Origin: a virus | Virus record (IMG/VR): IMGVR_UViG_3300025070_000022 | Location: 1 to 64,000 of that record | Length of the DNA: 64,000 bases | Reading direction: 5' to 3' (one strand) | Part shown: one piece after another, positions 1 through 8,554 of the stretch | How the letters are laid out: every line of letters begins with the position of its first letter | Position numbering within the stretch: the first letter of the stretch is position 1 | Made by a program: the position numbers and the translations under genes | Notes under the pieces: model-generated | Told to the model about the DNA's origin: nothing | The model's database searches: none | Seen by the model: only the letters and a program-made list of their open reading frames with translations

Positions 1-157
1 CAACGATAGGACGAGAGGAAGAATCGTAAATCATCTTAGTCTTCACTGCGAACTTCTTTTCAATCATTTTAATCAGTTCGTCTAAACTTCCCGTCTTTCC
101 AACTATTTCCTCTATTTCATCTAGAGTCATTTCTTTTAGTATGTTTTCCCAAGTCAT
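1..157 (-). CDS. Hypothetical protein with WxxILK N-terminal tag (runs off window edge)
   Basis: Manual translation MTWENILKEMTLDEIEEIVGKTGSLDELIKMIEKKFAVK..., open to base 1; start overlaps stop of upstream ORF (ATGA). Confidence 0.75.
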   Translation of the reverse strand, partial: MTWENILKEMTLDEIEEIVGKTGSLDELIKMIEKKFAVKTKMIYDSSSRPIV

Positions 158-276
158 TTCTTCACTTCCTTAATCTTATTTCCAGTGACAAACTCTTTCT
201 TTGTCTCTTTCTCCGTTTTATCAATCTTCTTTGATTGTTCATCAAACCAAGCATCTAATGTATTACACCGTGTCAT
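154..276 (-). CDS. Small hypothetical protein (40 aa)
   Basis: Manual translation MTRCNTLDAWFDEQSKKIDKTEKETKKEFVTGNKIKEVKK; ATGA overlaps at both ends. Confidence 0.6.
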   Translation of the reverse strand: MTRCNTLDAWFDEQSKKIDKTEKETKKEFVTGNKIKEVKK

Positions 277-1247
277 AGCAACACTTCCTTCCAACTTTTA
301 ATAACCGGACTAACCTTTACACTCATGTTCGACTTCATGTAATCTTTAATCAATTTACGAGTCTTAGCCGGAGTCAACTCGATTGTGAATTCAGTAATGG
401 TCCCTCCTAAGTCGGGAACTTTCATGTATCTAGATAGCATCTTTTGTGCCTTACCTGTAGGTGGAACCTTGAATGATTTACCGGACATTAACCTCATAAC
501 TCTACCTGTACTTACTCCTTCTTCCGTTCTTGCAGTAGAAATAGCACGACCCAATCTCTTTCTAAAATCGGGAATGGTTTGGAGAGTAGCGGCGGGTTTG
601 GAAGTTGTAATCGTAGCAATGTAGTTTTGGTCGTCAATGTCTTCAATTGCTTTATTCAAAACATCAACCAATCCAACAGGAACTAAATTTCCGCCATAAA
701 GGGCTTGATAAATTGGAGGAGTAGCGGTGTTTTCTTTATCGCTAACCCACCCATCTTTTTGTCTATCGGCAGTACCATGCTTCTTAGCGTAGAAAGTAGA
801 AAGGTAGTGTCCGTAGACCTTTTCCATCTCTACACCTCTAGCATAAGCCCCTGTCTGTCGGTTATACTTCTTAGGAATTGAGAATACGATATTTTGAGGA
901 TTCAAACTAGCATCGTCTTTCAACCCTTCAAGGTCATTGACAATTGCTTCTAGGGTTTCAGCATCCTCTTCAAAGAAAATTCCGTTAGCCCTGTCAACTA
1001 ACATCTTCCTAATTCTTCTAAGCATGGTATGTGCGCCGGAATTTCCATCATTAGGAGAACCCCTTCTAGGACTGGTGGCATGGTTTTCAACTGCAAGCAA
1101 TAAAGAGCCTTTCTTCATGCCGGAATTTGCACCTCTGCATTTTTTCTCCCAAGCCTCAAAATCTTTCTTGAATTTGATAACTCCACCAACTGTTTCAATA
1201 ACAGCGTCACCGATGCTGGCAGTATTCTTATTCACATCTTTAGGCAT
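273..1247 (-). CDS. Hypothetical protein (324 aa), ends in SWKEVLL
   Basis: Long ORF tightly packed in minus-strand operon. Confidence 0.8.
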   Translation of the reverse strand: MPKDVNKNTASIGDAVIETVGGVIKFKKDFEAWEKKCRGANSGMKKGSLLLAVENHATSPRRGSPNDGNSGAHTMLRRIRKMLVDRANGIFFEEDAETLEAIVNDLEGLKDDASLNPQNIVFSIPKKYNRQTGAYARGVEMEKVYGHYLSTFYAKKHGTADRQKDGWVSDKENTATPPIYQALYGGNLVPVGLVDVLNKAIEDIDDQNYIATITTSKPAATLQTIPDFRKRLGRAISTARTEEGVSTGRVMRLMSGKSFKVPPTGKAQKMLSRYMKVPDLGGTITEFTIELTPAKTRKLIKDYMKSNMSVKVSPVIKSWKEVLL

Positions 1248-1690
1248 TACTCATCCTTCCTTTTCTTTCTAGTTCGGTATGCGGGTTTGAATAATTTAGC
1301 ATGTGCTGGAGCAGTAGTAGTCACGGCCCCTGCCATTCTCTCAAGGTTTTCACTATTAACATCTCCCTTAGAATTCTGTTCCTTCTTTCGGCCTCTTTGT
1401 GGCTTAGGAGGTAGCCTTCCTTTCTTTGGCTTCTTTCTACGCTTGGGAGGACTAACCTTGGTGTCTTTAAAATTAGGACTGTCTCTTCTTCCAGCAACAA
1501 ATTCACTCATGGCCCATGTTTCTTCTCGGTTGCCGGATTCCCCATGTTTTCGTTCCCATTCTCTTTGTCTGTTTTCTTCTTCTTTACGCCTTTCTTCCCT
1601 TCTTAAGTAAGCATTATTCCTTTGAATTTTTGCTCTCTTAGCATCCATTTCTTTAGGATTATATTCTTTTAGTATATCTTTCCAACCCAT
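1247..1690 (-). CDS. Basic low-complexity protein with WxxILK tag
   Basis: MGWKDILKE start; K/R-rich. Confidence 0.75.
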   Translation of the reverse strand: MGWKDILKEYNPKEMDAKRAKIQRNNAYLRREERRKEEENRQREWERKHGESGNREETWAMSEFVAGRRDSPNFKDTKVSPPKRRKKPKKGRLPPKPQRGRKKEQNSKGDVNSENLERMAGAVTTTAPAHAKLFKPAYRTRKKRKDE

Positions 1691-1691
1691 C

Positions 1692-2150
1692 TTAAATCAC
1701 CGGATACCGATACATGGGTAATTTACTAAGTTCAACATACATGTCTTTATTCATTATATCCTGTACTTGAGAATAAGAAGTCACCTTATCTCCTACCCTA
1801 GCCGCCATTCTTTCTACCTTCTCCCTAGACTTTTCATCTAGTGGATTCAATAATGTAATTCTAGGCTTGCCTCTAGTATGCTTATTCCTCTCTTGTAATA
1901 ATTTTCCAAAAATTCCCTCTCCTGTATGGTCGGGTCTAATGTAGCCATTGCCTACGAAAAAGAATGTTCCCATGTCCTTATAGGAAGTAAAGCCCAAAAC
2001 TTCGCCCTCATCATTTACTTCGCTAACTAGGTTTAGTGGACTTACCTTAGTTGGGTAGCCCTTATCACTAGCAGTTCTAAAATTTGGCATATTCTCCGAA
2101 ACTGTAGATTCGTTTAGAACCTTGACTTCCTTGAGAATATCTTGCCACAT
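1692..2150 (-). CDS. GNAT-family N-acetyltransferase with WxxILK tag
   Basis: MWQDILKE start; YIRPDHTGEGIFGKLL resembles GNAT acetyl-CoA-binding motif A. Confidence 0.65.
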   Translation of the reverse strand: MWQDILKEVKVLNESTVSENMPNFRTASDKGYPTKVSPLNLVSEVNDEGEVLGFTSYKDMGTFFFVGNGYIRPDHTGEGIFGKLLQERNKHTRGKPRITLLNPLDEKSREKVERMAARVGDKVTSYSQVQDIMNKDMYVELSKLPMYRYPVI

Positions 2151-2151
2151 T

Positions 2152-2394
2152 TCAATCCTTCCTCAGTGAATAAAAATAAGTAGGGGATAAGTAAGGTTGC
2201 TTCTTACTTATCCAATCAGCACTGTTTAAAAATCTCCTCAAATTAGCATCTTTGAATCTACCAATACCTCTTTGTGATAATGAAGACTTTATGCCACCAA
2301 AAGAAATTTCATCTACATTTTCTAAAATGTCAGCGACTGCCTTTACTATGGTAGTACGAAGTCCATCGTGAGTTAGAGTATCCTTCCAAGACAT
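2152..2394 (-). CDS. Small protein, possibly winged-helix, with degenerate tag (MSWKDTL)
   Basis: ORF track; operon packing. Confidence 0.65.
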   Translation of the reverse strand: MSWKDTLTHDGLRTTIVKAVADILENVDEISFGGIKSSLSQRGIGRFKDANLRRFLNSADWISKKQPYLSPTYFYSLRKD

Positions 2395-2396
2395 GA

Positions 2397-3164
2397 CTAC
2401 AACCCCAAATTTCTTTCAATGATTGGGACCAATTCTTTGAGGGAGGGGCTAGATGCAATAACCGCATCTTTTTTGCTGATATGAAATTGTCCCCTATGTG
2501 ATTTAACTTTCAAAAAATCTTTACCATAATCTAACTTCAATTCCGGATTGCCCTTTGCTCGGCTAGATATATGACTAGAGTAAATCTCCCCTCCTAGTTT
2601 TTCTTGGAAGTGTTCTAAGAATTGTCTAGGCCCGAAGAATTTCAAAATAGATTTTCTTAACATAGGAAATTTATCTCGGTTTCTTTTAGAAAGGCCAGTA
2701 TCAACATATTGTCTAGCCCTACTTAGAGGTTGTATTTCTCTATCAATTTCGTTAATGGCGGGAACATAATTTACCTTGTCCAAGTACTTATCAATTCTCA
2801 AAATAATAGAAGACATTTCATTTTCCATCTCTTCTGTCACTCCTTCATAGTTTTCCATCATCTCTTGAGCGGCTTCAGGATACTGCTCCTTAATTTGTTC
2901 AGCATCATCCTTTCGCTGTAGTCTCCACTGTGCTTCATCAACAAGAGATTCTAGAGCCTTAAGTTCTTTAATTGCTGCCTCTTTATTTTCTCTTGTAGCC
3001 TTTCTCTTAGCCACACCAGCCTCTCCGCCAGTTTCTTGACTTCTCTGTGTTGTTCTTTCTTTGGCAGTTCTAGTATCTATTGTTGGGCGTGACATTCGCC
3101 TTGGTGCATCCTTCTTATGAGGTGTCCAATTCTTATCTCTTTTGAGAATATTTTCCCAAGACAT
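2397..3164 (-). CDS. Hypothetical protein with WxxILK tag
   Basis: MSWENILKR start chosen at 3164. Confidence 0.8.
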   Translation of the reverse strand: MSWENILKRDKNWTPHKKDAPRRMSRPTIDTRTAKERTTQRSQETGGEAGVAKRKATRENKEAAIKELKALESLVDEAQWRLQRKDDAEQIKEQYPEAAQEMMENYEGVTEEMENEMSSIILRIDKYLDKVNYVPAINEIDREIQPLSRARQYVDTGLSKRNRDKFPMLRKSILKFFGPRQFLEHFQEKLGGEIYSSHISSRAKGNPELKLDYGKDFLKVKSHRGQFHISKKDAVIASSPSLKELVPIIERNLGL

Positions 3165-3166
3165 AA

Positions 3167-3394
3167 TCAAACCTCTGCATAAAACGATTCGCTGTTTGGC
3201 ATATTAACCTGCCTAGAGATAACTTTCAAGGAGCCGCCCATCATTTGTAGGGCGTTCTTGAATAAGGAAATTTCCCTATCCACAATTTCCTTTTCTTCTT
3301 GTGATAGTTTGGAAGTATTGACAGAATTCATAGTCTTCTCCATTTCTCTTAGGAGGGACAGTACTCTCTTTACTTCTGCTTCCATAGTAATCAC
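3167..3394 (-). CDS. Small coiled-coil hypothetical protein
   Basis: ORF track; operon packing. Confidence 0.65.
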   Translation of the reverse strand: MITMEAEVKRVLSLLREMEKTMNSVNTSKLSQEEKEIVDREISLFKNALQMMGGSLKVISRQVNMPNSESFYAEV

Positions 3395-3399
3395 CGTTT

Positions 3400-3753
3400 T
3401 TAATATCCATGCCTTTTATGAGCCTTTTCCATATCGGAGATATATTTTTCTAAAATCTCGATAATTTCTATTTTTCCCATGTTACTTTTAATCTGTGGAG
3501 GACTCATCCCAACCTCCCCTAGCCAAAAATCAACAGACATAAGTTCATTATGAGTTAAACTATTAGGCCTGAAGTTGTCATTTCCCCCTCTTACCTTTAT
3601 ATTATGAATTATTCGTTTTAATCGAGGAATCACCTCTTTTTGTCTTCTAACCATCTTGTCAGTATCATCTTGTAACATTTCTTTTGACGCATATTTTCGC
3701 CCCAATCTTCGGGCTTCTTCCATCTCTATTTTGAGTATGTTTTTCCAAGTCAT
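3400..3753 (-). CDS. Hypothetical protein with WxxILK tag
   Basis: MTWKNILKI, preceded by GGTGATT SD-like site. Confidence 0.75.
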   Translation of the reverse strand: MTWKNILKIEMEEARRLGRKYASKEMLQDDTDKMVRRQKEVIPRLKRIIHNIKVRGGNDNFRPNSLTHNELMSVDFWLGEVGMSPPQIKSNMGKIEIIEILEKYISDMEKAHKRHGY

Positions 3754-3754
3754 G

Positions 3755-4012
3755 TTAATCACCCAATTCTCTAATGCAAGCATCTAAGGATTCTACAAAT
3801 TTTTCAGTAAAGGCATCGGTTTCCATATTTTTATTTACAATTTGAGCCACTTGATTCAATAATTCATAAGCCTTCATGGTATCTTCGTCTTTACCTTTAG
3901 ACCCCTTTCTCTTTTCAGCCTCTCTCTTCATCCGAGGACTGACATTCATAAAAGCAGTCATGTCTTCGGGGTCTTCGTCAAGTATCTTTCTTAGTTCATC
4001 TTTCCAACTCAT
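3755..4012 (-). CDS. Hypothetical protein with tag (MSWKDELRK)
   Basis: Start reassigned to tag ATG at 4012. Confidence 0.75.
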   Translation of the reverse strand: MSWKDELRKILDEDPEDMTAFMNVSPRMKREAEKRKGSKGKDEDTMKAYELLNQVAQIVNKNMETDAFTEKFVESLDACIRELGD

Positions 4013-4013
4013 A

Positions 4014-4337
4014 TCAATCAGTCCTTTTAGTATGATTAAACTTGAAACGGCCACCCATAACTTCCAACTGTTGTGCCATGCCCCCGCCGCTTTCTTTCAT
4101 AAAATCAGTAATTTTTTCCTCTTTATCTTCCAGTTCATTAAGTAGTCGGTCTAGCGTTTTAACAGTCAAAACTTCTGCTAGAATCAAAGATTCTAAGTAA
4201 TTGTCCAATACGCTTTTAATTAGTTTTATATCGTGTGCGCTAGACTCTACCAAGTCTTGATATAATTTCGCTCCCTCTTTGCTACTTTGTCCATATACCG
4301 TTGGGGTAGTCTTTTTTAATTCATCTTTCCAAGTCAT
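4014..4337 (-). CDS. Hypothetical protein with tag (MTWKDELKK)
   Basis: ORF track. Confidence 0.75.
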   Translation of the reverse strand: MTWKDELKKTTPTVYGQSSKEGAKLYQDLVESSAHDIKLIKSVLDNYLESLILAEVLTVKTLDRLLNELEDKEEKITDFMKESGGGMAQQLEVMGGRFKFNHTKRTD

Positions 4338-4347
4338 ATCAATCCAC

Positions 4348-4740
4348 TCACAAATTTCCTTTAAATCTAATTATAGCAGTATTAGGCTCAAAACTTATTT
4401 TCGCTTCTCGTTGATAGATTCTGTTGAATGCCCTAACAAGCCCCTTATCATCATCACCCATTGCACCTTGTATAGCATAAAATATGTCGGGGTTTTCATT
4501 TCTAGTAAAGCGATAAGGGCTATTCCCTAGTTTCTTCATTGCTGGAACTATTCTGTCTCGAACCATCGAAGTAAATTGGTCTTCGGAAAGACCAGTTTGT
4601 TGAGTGTTTTCTCGTTGAGAAAAATTACCGGACATTAGTTCTTGATGCTGTCTCTCTGACTCGTTCTTGCTTCTTTCTTGTTCTTCATAGTAGCCTTCCG
4701 GCATCGGAGGCTCGTTCTTTAGTATATCTTTCCAAGTCAT
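4348..4740 (-). CDS. Hypothetical protein with WxxILK tag
   Basis: MTWKDILKN. Confidence 0.75.
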   Translation of the reverse strand: MTWKDILKNEPPMPEGYYEEQERSKNESERQHQELMSGNFSQRENTQQTGLSEDQFTSMVRDRIVPAMKKLGNSPYRFTRNENPDIFYAIQGAMGDDDKGLVRAFNRIYQREAKISFEPNTAIIRFKGNL

Positions 4741-4742
4741 AA

Positions 4743-5456
4743 TCATCTTCCGCCGATTCTTTCAGCAATCTTTTCTACAGGAAAACTAGACTGCGTTTGA
4801 GCATCCCGAACATAAGAGTCGGGATTATTGAGGTACTCACTAGCATTGAAATCCCGATGCTTGTAAGTTCCAGCCAATGCTTCTTTCAATAAATCTCTCA
4901 TGTGCATTGCTACCTTTCGGTATTCTGTCGTCACATTCAATGGCTCATTAAGTTGAAACGAAGCCAACTTCCTTGCATTGTCAAAATTAATAAAACCAAA
5001 GTTAGGTCTTTCACTACCCCGCTTCATCATAGCGGCAATTAGTTTCTCATCGTAATCTTGCGGTACAGTTGCTTGTTCGTTTTTCAATTCCTGTTTCTGT
5101 ACGGCGTTTTTATTCGTAACAAGTATTGCATTATTGCCTTGCTTTTCTGCCTTATATTCTAATTTATTTAAATGAGTAACGGCTAGTTCTAAAAATTCAT
5201 CATTGTCCATTCCGAGTGACCCCGTATAAAACATTAGACCGTCCTTGCCTTTTGGATTGTTGGCCAACTTAATACCGAATTGCCCTACTCTTTGAAATTC
5301 TGGGTCATTTCTAAATTCATTAATTATCTTATTTACCTGCTGACCTACTTCGGATATGTTTCTGTTTTTAATCTTGAGTTTGCCCTTATCCATTTGCCTT
5401 CTAATCTTGCTCTCACTACGGAACGGCCCTTTCACTATAATGTCTTCCCATGTCAT
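4743..5456 (-). CDS. Hypothetical protein with tag (MTWEDIIVK)
   Basis: Start reassigned to 5456, downstream of GGAGA SD-like site. Confidence 0.75.
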   Translation of the reverse strand: MTWEDIIVKGPFRSESKIRRQMDKGKLKIKNRNISEVGQQVNKIINEFRNDPEFQRVGQFGIKLANNPKGKDGLMFYTGSLGMDNDEFLELAVTHLNKLEYKAEKQGNNAILVTNKNAVQKQELKNEQATVPQDYDEKLIAAMMKRGSERPNFGFINFDNARKLASFQLNEPLNVTTEYRKVAMHMRDLLKEALAGTYKHRDFNASEYLNNPDSYVRDAQTQSSFPVEKIAERIGGR

Positions 5457-5884
5457 GCTAATCTCTCCAAAAAAAATTCTCAAAATTTTTGGCGGAATTT
5501 GTTCGGGACTACGCAAAATATTATTTTAATAGTAAATGTATTCCCAGTATAAGAATAATACTATTTTTGTAAATGCTATTTGAGACATTAGTAATAGCCT
5601 CGCAGTACAGTACTAATTAAGTAAGCCTTAGCACAATACTATAGTGTCTTGGTAGTTTCCGACCCCCTTCTGCCTATCTACGGCTAGAAGTATCCTACTA
5701 ATAGTAATTTCGCTACCGTTTCATGCGCCAAACTTTGCACATTTAGTAATATGCCAACTACTATAAACGCAGTACTGCGAGCCTGTTAGTAGTGCGCCGA
5801 ATAGTACTCTATTTAACAGGGATTCTAATATTAATAGTGTTAAATTAGCAGTATTAGTGTTAGAATAATAAAAAAAATTTGAAA

Positions 5885-5938
5885 CAAAGCCATATGGTTG
5901 TGTAAAAATAGTGTTATACAACCATATGGTATGCTTTG
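5885..5938. repeat. Head-to-head pair of CCATATGG palindromic elements forming a long imperfect inverted repeat
   Basis: caaagccatatggttgtgtaa ... ttatacaaccatatggtatgctttg. Confidence 0.75.
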
Positions 5939-5955
5939 ACTACCCTGTACGGAAG

Positions 5956-5979
5956 AGAGGGGCCGTTAAGCCCCCCTCT
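5956..5979 (-). terminator. GC-rich hairpin at end of 7144-6021 operon
   Basis: agaggggc-cgttaa-gcccccctct imperfect stem-loop. Confidence 0.5.
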
Positions 5980-6020
5980 AACCTCGTTATAGGCATAGTC
6001 TCCACCTTGGAGTATTGTCT

Positions 6021-6143
6021 TTACTCGTATCTCGAAGCCAATTGGTCTGCTCTTAGTGCCTCAAGTTCGTTATAGCAATCATCGCAGATATATTGGTCGC
6101 TATCGTGATAGTCTTCTGCACATATGGCGCACTCTTCATCCAT
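6021..6143 (-). CDS. Micro Zn-finger protein (40 aa)
   Basis: MDEECAICAEDYHDSDQYICDDCYNELEALRADQLASRYE; CxxC...CxxC; GGTGA SD upstream. Confidence 0.65.
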   Translation of the reverse strand: MDEECAICAEDYHDSDQYICDDCYNELEALRADQLASRYE

Positions 6144-6154
6144 TTTGTTCACCC

Positions 6155-6508
6155 TCACATGCAAGCACTAAAATCATTCAAATGAATGGGTGTACCGTCC
6201 CATTGTCGAAAGGTATCGTTGTTCACTAAATACCATAGCCAATTCCTTTGCACTAGCCTAACGCTAGTATTGGAACGCCAAAGAATACCACTTAGGCGTT
6301 CCTTTGTTGTGTTGCTAGTCCAGCCACCTGCACTAATCATAATGTTGTTAGTGCAACCAGTAGGCTTCCAAGCGATTCGGTTTCCGTGAAGTAGTAGTTC
6401 AGTTATCATCAAGTGCCCCGAAGGAACTTGCCTAACTTCTGTATTATCTACCTTCATAGGACGGTCTGTAAAAAATGCCCTTGTAGTCACTTCTGTTATC
6501 AGTCTCAT
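6155..6508 (-). CDS. Hypothetical phage protein
   Basis: LLHGNRIA...GWTSNTTKERL motif typical of small phage proteins; start at ATGA overlap. Confidence 0.7.
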   Translation of the reverse strand: MRLITEVTTRAFFTDRPMKVDNTEVRQVPSGHLMITELLLHGNRIAWKPTGCTNNIMISAGGWTSNTTKERLSGILWRSNTSVRLVQRNWLWYLVNNDTFRQWDGTPIHLNDFSACM

Positions 6509-6783
6509 TGTTCTTCCTCCTTGTTGTTTTCGTCCCATTCTTTTCGTCCACTCCATTCGTTATCTTCTTCCCAAATTGGTACTAGTGATGTTCTTAGAAA
6601 CCATGTAGTAGAAACAGTGTCACTACCAACCTTTTCGCATACTTCAAAATAGACAGTAGTAGGAGAGGCTTGGGTATAGGAACCGTTAGGGTAGGCTTTT
6701 CCTAGAATGGAGAAGTCGCTAAAACCTACGCTGTGGTGTGTAGTCTCGTAAGTAGTGGATGGTCGTTCTAATATGTCGCTCAT
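6505..6783 (-). CDS. Hypothetical protein
   Basis: ATGA-coupled ORF. Confidence 0.7.
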   Translation of the reverse strand: MSDILERPSTTYETTHHSVGFSDFSILGKAYPNGSYTQASPTTVYFEVCEKVGSDTVSTTWFLRTSLVPIWEEDNEWSGRKEWDENNKEEEQ

Positions 6784-7022
6784 ACCTCTTCCTCCATAGT
6801 AAAAATGTCTGTGTATCCGTTAGCCAAAAGCCAACCTGTAATTAGGTCCAACTTGTCGGAAGAACAAGACCACAAAAAGGAAACCAACGATGCTTGAAAA
6901 TTAGACCACTTATGGTCAAGATAATCTTCTGTAGCGTCGGGGAATAAAAGCATCTTGAATTCATACTGGGTTAATCTTCCTAGGTACTTTAGTGCGTCTG
7001 TAAATTCTCTTAGTGTAGTCAT
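6780..7022 (-). CDS. Hypothetical protein
   Basis: ATGA-coupled ORF. Confidence 0.7.
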   Translation of the reverse strand: MTTLREFTDALKYLGRLTQYEFKMLLFPDATEDYLDHKWSNFQASLVSFLWSCSSDKLDLITGWLLANGYTDIFTMEEEV

Positions 7023-7144
7023 TTGAAATCCATCCTAGCAATAATAATGTGCATTTCATTCACCCGCTCCCTAAGCAACAAAAGTTCCCTAGTCTGTTCT
7101 TTTAGTTCCGTCATTAATTCTATAAATTGCTGTTCTGTTAGCAT
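7019..7144 (-). CDS. Leaderless micro coiled-coil protein (41 aa)
   Basis: MLTEQQFIELMTELKEQTRELLLLRERVNEMHIIIARMDFK; ATG about 27 nt after the TATA-like box. Confidence 0.65.
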   Translation of the reverse strand: MLTEQQFIELMTELKEQTRELLLLRERVNEMHIIIARMDFK

Positions 7145-7209
7145 GACCTAACCCCTACTCGTTTTTCATAAGGGTTGTTAGCAAAGTCACAACCATATGG
7201 TATGCTTTG
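7145..7209 (-). promoter_or_regulatory. Repeated viral promoter element, copy A
   Basis: Minus strand ACCATATGGT-N5-CTTTG-N6-ACCCTTATGAAAA...GGTCATG. Confidence 0.7.
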
Positions 7210-7211
7210 CA

Positions 7212-7242
7212 GACCCCCATAAGGGGGCCGCTCAAGACCTTA
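7212..7242 (-). terminator. 3' hairpin plus 14-bp arm complementary to the 5' leader
   Basis: gaccccc-ataa-gggggcc abutting cgctcaagacctta (7229-7242). Confidence 0.65.
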
Positions 7243-7252
7243 TTTTGCCTAA

Positions 7253-7753
7253 TCAGGCGTCCTCCTGTGGATTAGTACCAGTTCGGTACTGAATCATAGC
7301 GGCAACAGTACCGTCCCAAGAACCGTCGTCGTAGGCCGCACTATGCCATCGCTTGGATTGGTTAGATAGGGTCTTTCGTAGGGTTTCGGGTGTGTAGGCG
7401 ATAATACCTTCTTTGTTTTTCTTGCGGCGCAATACATCGTAAATTGGATGGTCTGCTTCTGTAGGAACTAGCAAGGATACGGCTTCGTCAATAAAGTCCC
7501 AAGCAGTAATTAGGGCTTGGGGGACTGTAGGAATGGAACCTTGTGAAAGGTATTGTCCATAGCCAAATCGCTTTGCTTGCTTTCGTGCATAAGTGTAGTA
7601 CATAGTAAGTTCTTTGTCGGATGCTTCGGTATCAACAGCGTCTTCGATTGCGTTAATCAATCGGTTGTGTATCTTTGCGTCGGGGTTAGGGTTGACTGCT
7701 AGGTGAGCAGATAACCGTTCTAGTTTTAGTGCGTTTTCTTGTGCTTTGGTCAT
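7253..7753 (-). CDS. Hypothetical protein (166 aa) in inverted-repeat-bounded cassette 1
   Basis: MTKAQENALK start after GGAGATGA SD-like site. Confidence 0.8.
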   Translation of the reverse strand: MTKAQENALKLERLSAHLAVNPNPDAKIHNRLINAIEDAVDTEASDKELTMYYTYARKQAKRFGYGQYLSQGSIPTVPQALITAWDFIDEAVSLLVPTEADHPIYDVLRRKKNKEGIIAYTPETLRKTLSNQSKRWHSAAYDDGSWDGTVAAMIQYRTGTNPQEDA

Positions 7754-7782
7754 AATAATCATCTCCATTAAGGTCTTGAGCG

Positions 7783-7859
7783 ACACCTAACCCTCCACCT
7801 TATTTTTATTAGGGTCTTTCCAAAGTTAATACCATATGGTTGTACTTTGCTATAACCCT
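7783..7859 (-). promoter_or_regulatory. Repeated viral promoter element, copy B (near-symmetric palindrome)
   Basis: agggt-ctttc-caaag-ttaat-ACCATATGGT-tgta-ctttg-ctata-accct; minus strand CCCTAATAAAAA...GGTGTCG. Confidence 0.7.
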
Positions 7860-8258
7860 AAGGGTGGAGCGTGTATGGTATCTCGTCCATAACGCTCCTT
7901 TATTACCTCTAGTCCCCAACTACAGTAGGTTTCTAACAGATAGTAAGTCGAGTCAACTATCTACAGGTCTTTTTTGTGAATGTGAGGGGGGAAGGCCGAC
8001 TTGGTTACAAAAGTCTGTGTGTAATTTGCGTCGAGGCTTATTGATGCTTTAACTAGTATTATCTCATCAACTACTCTGTCCAGTGATTCGCTCATCCTTG
8101 GTTCACTTGTCTGCGCCATTCCCCCCTATCCATTGTAAGGTCTGCCCTAGGGTCTTTTTAAGAAACCTTGTCGGCAGGGAGTGTGTTAGCAGTAGAACTT
8201 TTCTTGGGTGGTAGTTCTTCTACTAGGAAATCCCATACATCGTATGGGGGCATTCTTG

Positions 8259-8417
8259 TCATTCTTTGTCATGGGAAGGAGGGGTAGCGGGGCCACCATC
8301 CCCACTACTCCCATCCAACTCAATCCGTTTAGGAATAGGATTTATTGAAATCGCTTCTAGAATTGCATCCAGTGTTATAATCGTGGCTCGTAGTGCTGGT
8401 GTGTACTTTTCTGTCAT
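8259..8417 (-). CDS. Leaderless micro-ORF (52 aa)
   Basis: MTEKYTPALRATIITLDAILEAISINPIPKRIELDG...; ATG at expected distance from promoter copy C. Confidence 0.45.
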   Translation of the reverse strand: MTEKYTPALRATIITLDAILEAISINPIPKRIELDGSSGDGGPATPPSHDKE

Positions 8418-8475
8418 ACACCCTAGCGACTACATTATTTTCATAAGGGTATCTCCAAAGTTAATACCATATGGT
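8418..8475 (-). promoter_or_regulatory. Repeated viral promoter element, copy C
   Basis: Minus strand ACCATATGGT-ATTAA-CTTTG-N5-ACCCTTATGAAAA...GGGTGTATG. Confidence 0.7.
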
Positions 8476-8505
8476 TGTGAATTGTTCTTTTGTGGTGGAA
8501 ACCCC

Positions 8506-8536
8506 GACCCCCACAGGGGGGGCCGAGGAGTAGAAC
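8506..8536 (-). terminator. 3' hairpin plus 13-bp arm complementary to the 5' leader
   Basis: gaccccc-acagg-gggggcc abutting cgaggagtagaac (8524-8536). Confidence 0.65.
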
Positions 8537-8554
8537 GGCGGCTTCCGGAGGGCC

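Noticed and set aside
7960-8262. Further micro-ORFs downstream of 8259-8417
   Set aside because: Short (34-50 aa), no motifs, weak support
5885-8475. ACCATATGGT repeats as a CRISPR or mini-CRISPR array
   Set aside because: Spacing is irregular (30 to about 1300 bp) and the intervals contain genes
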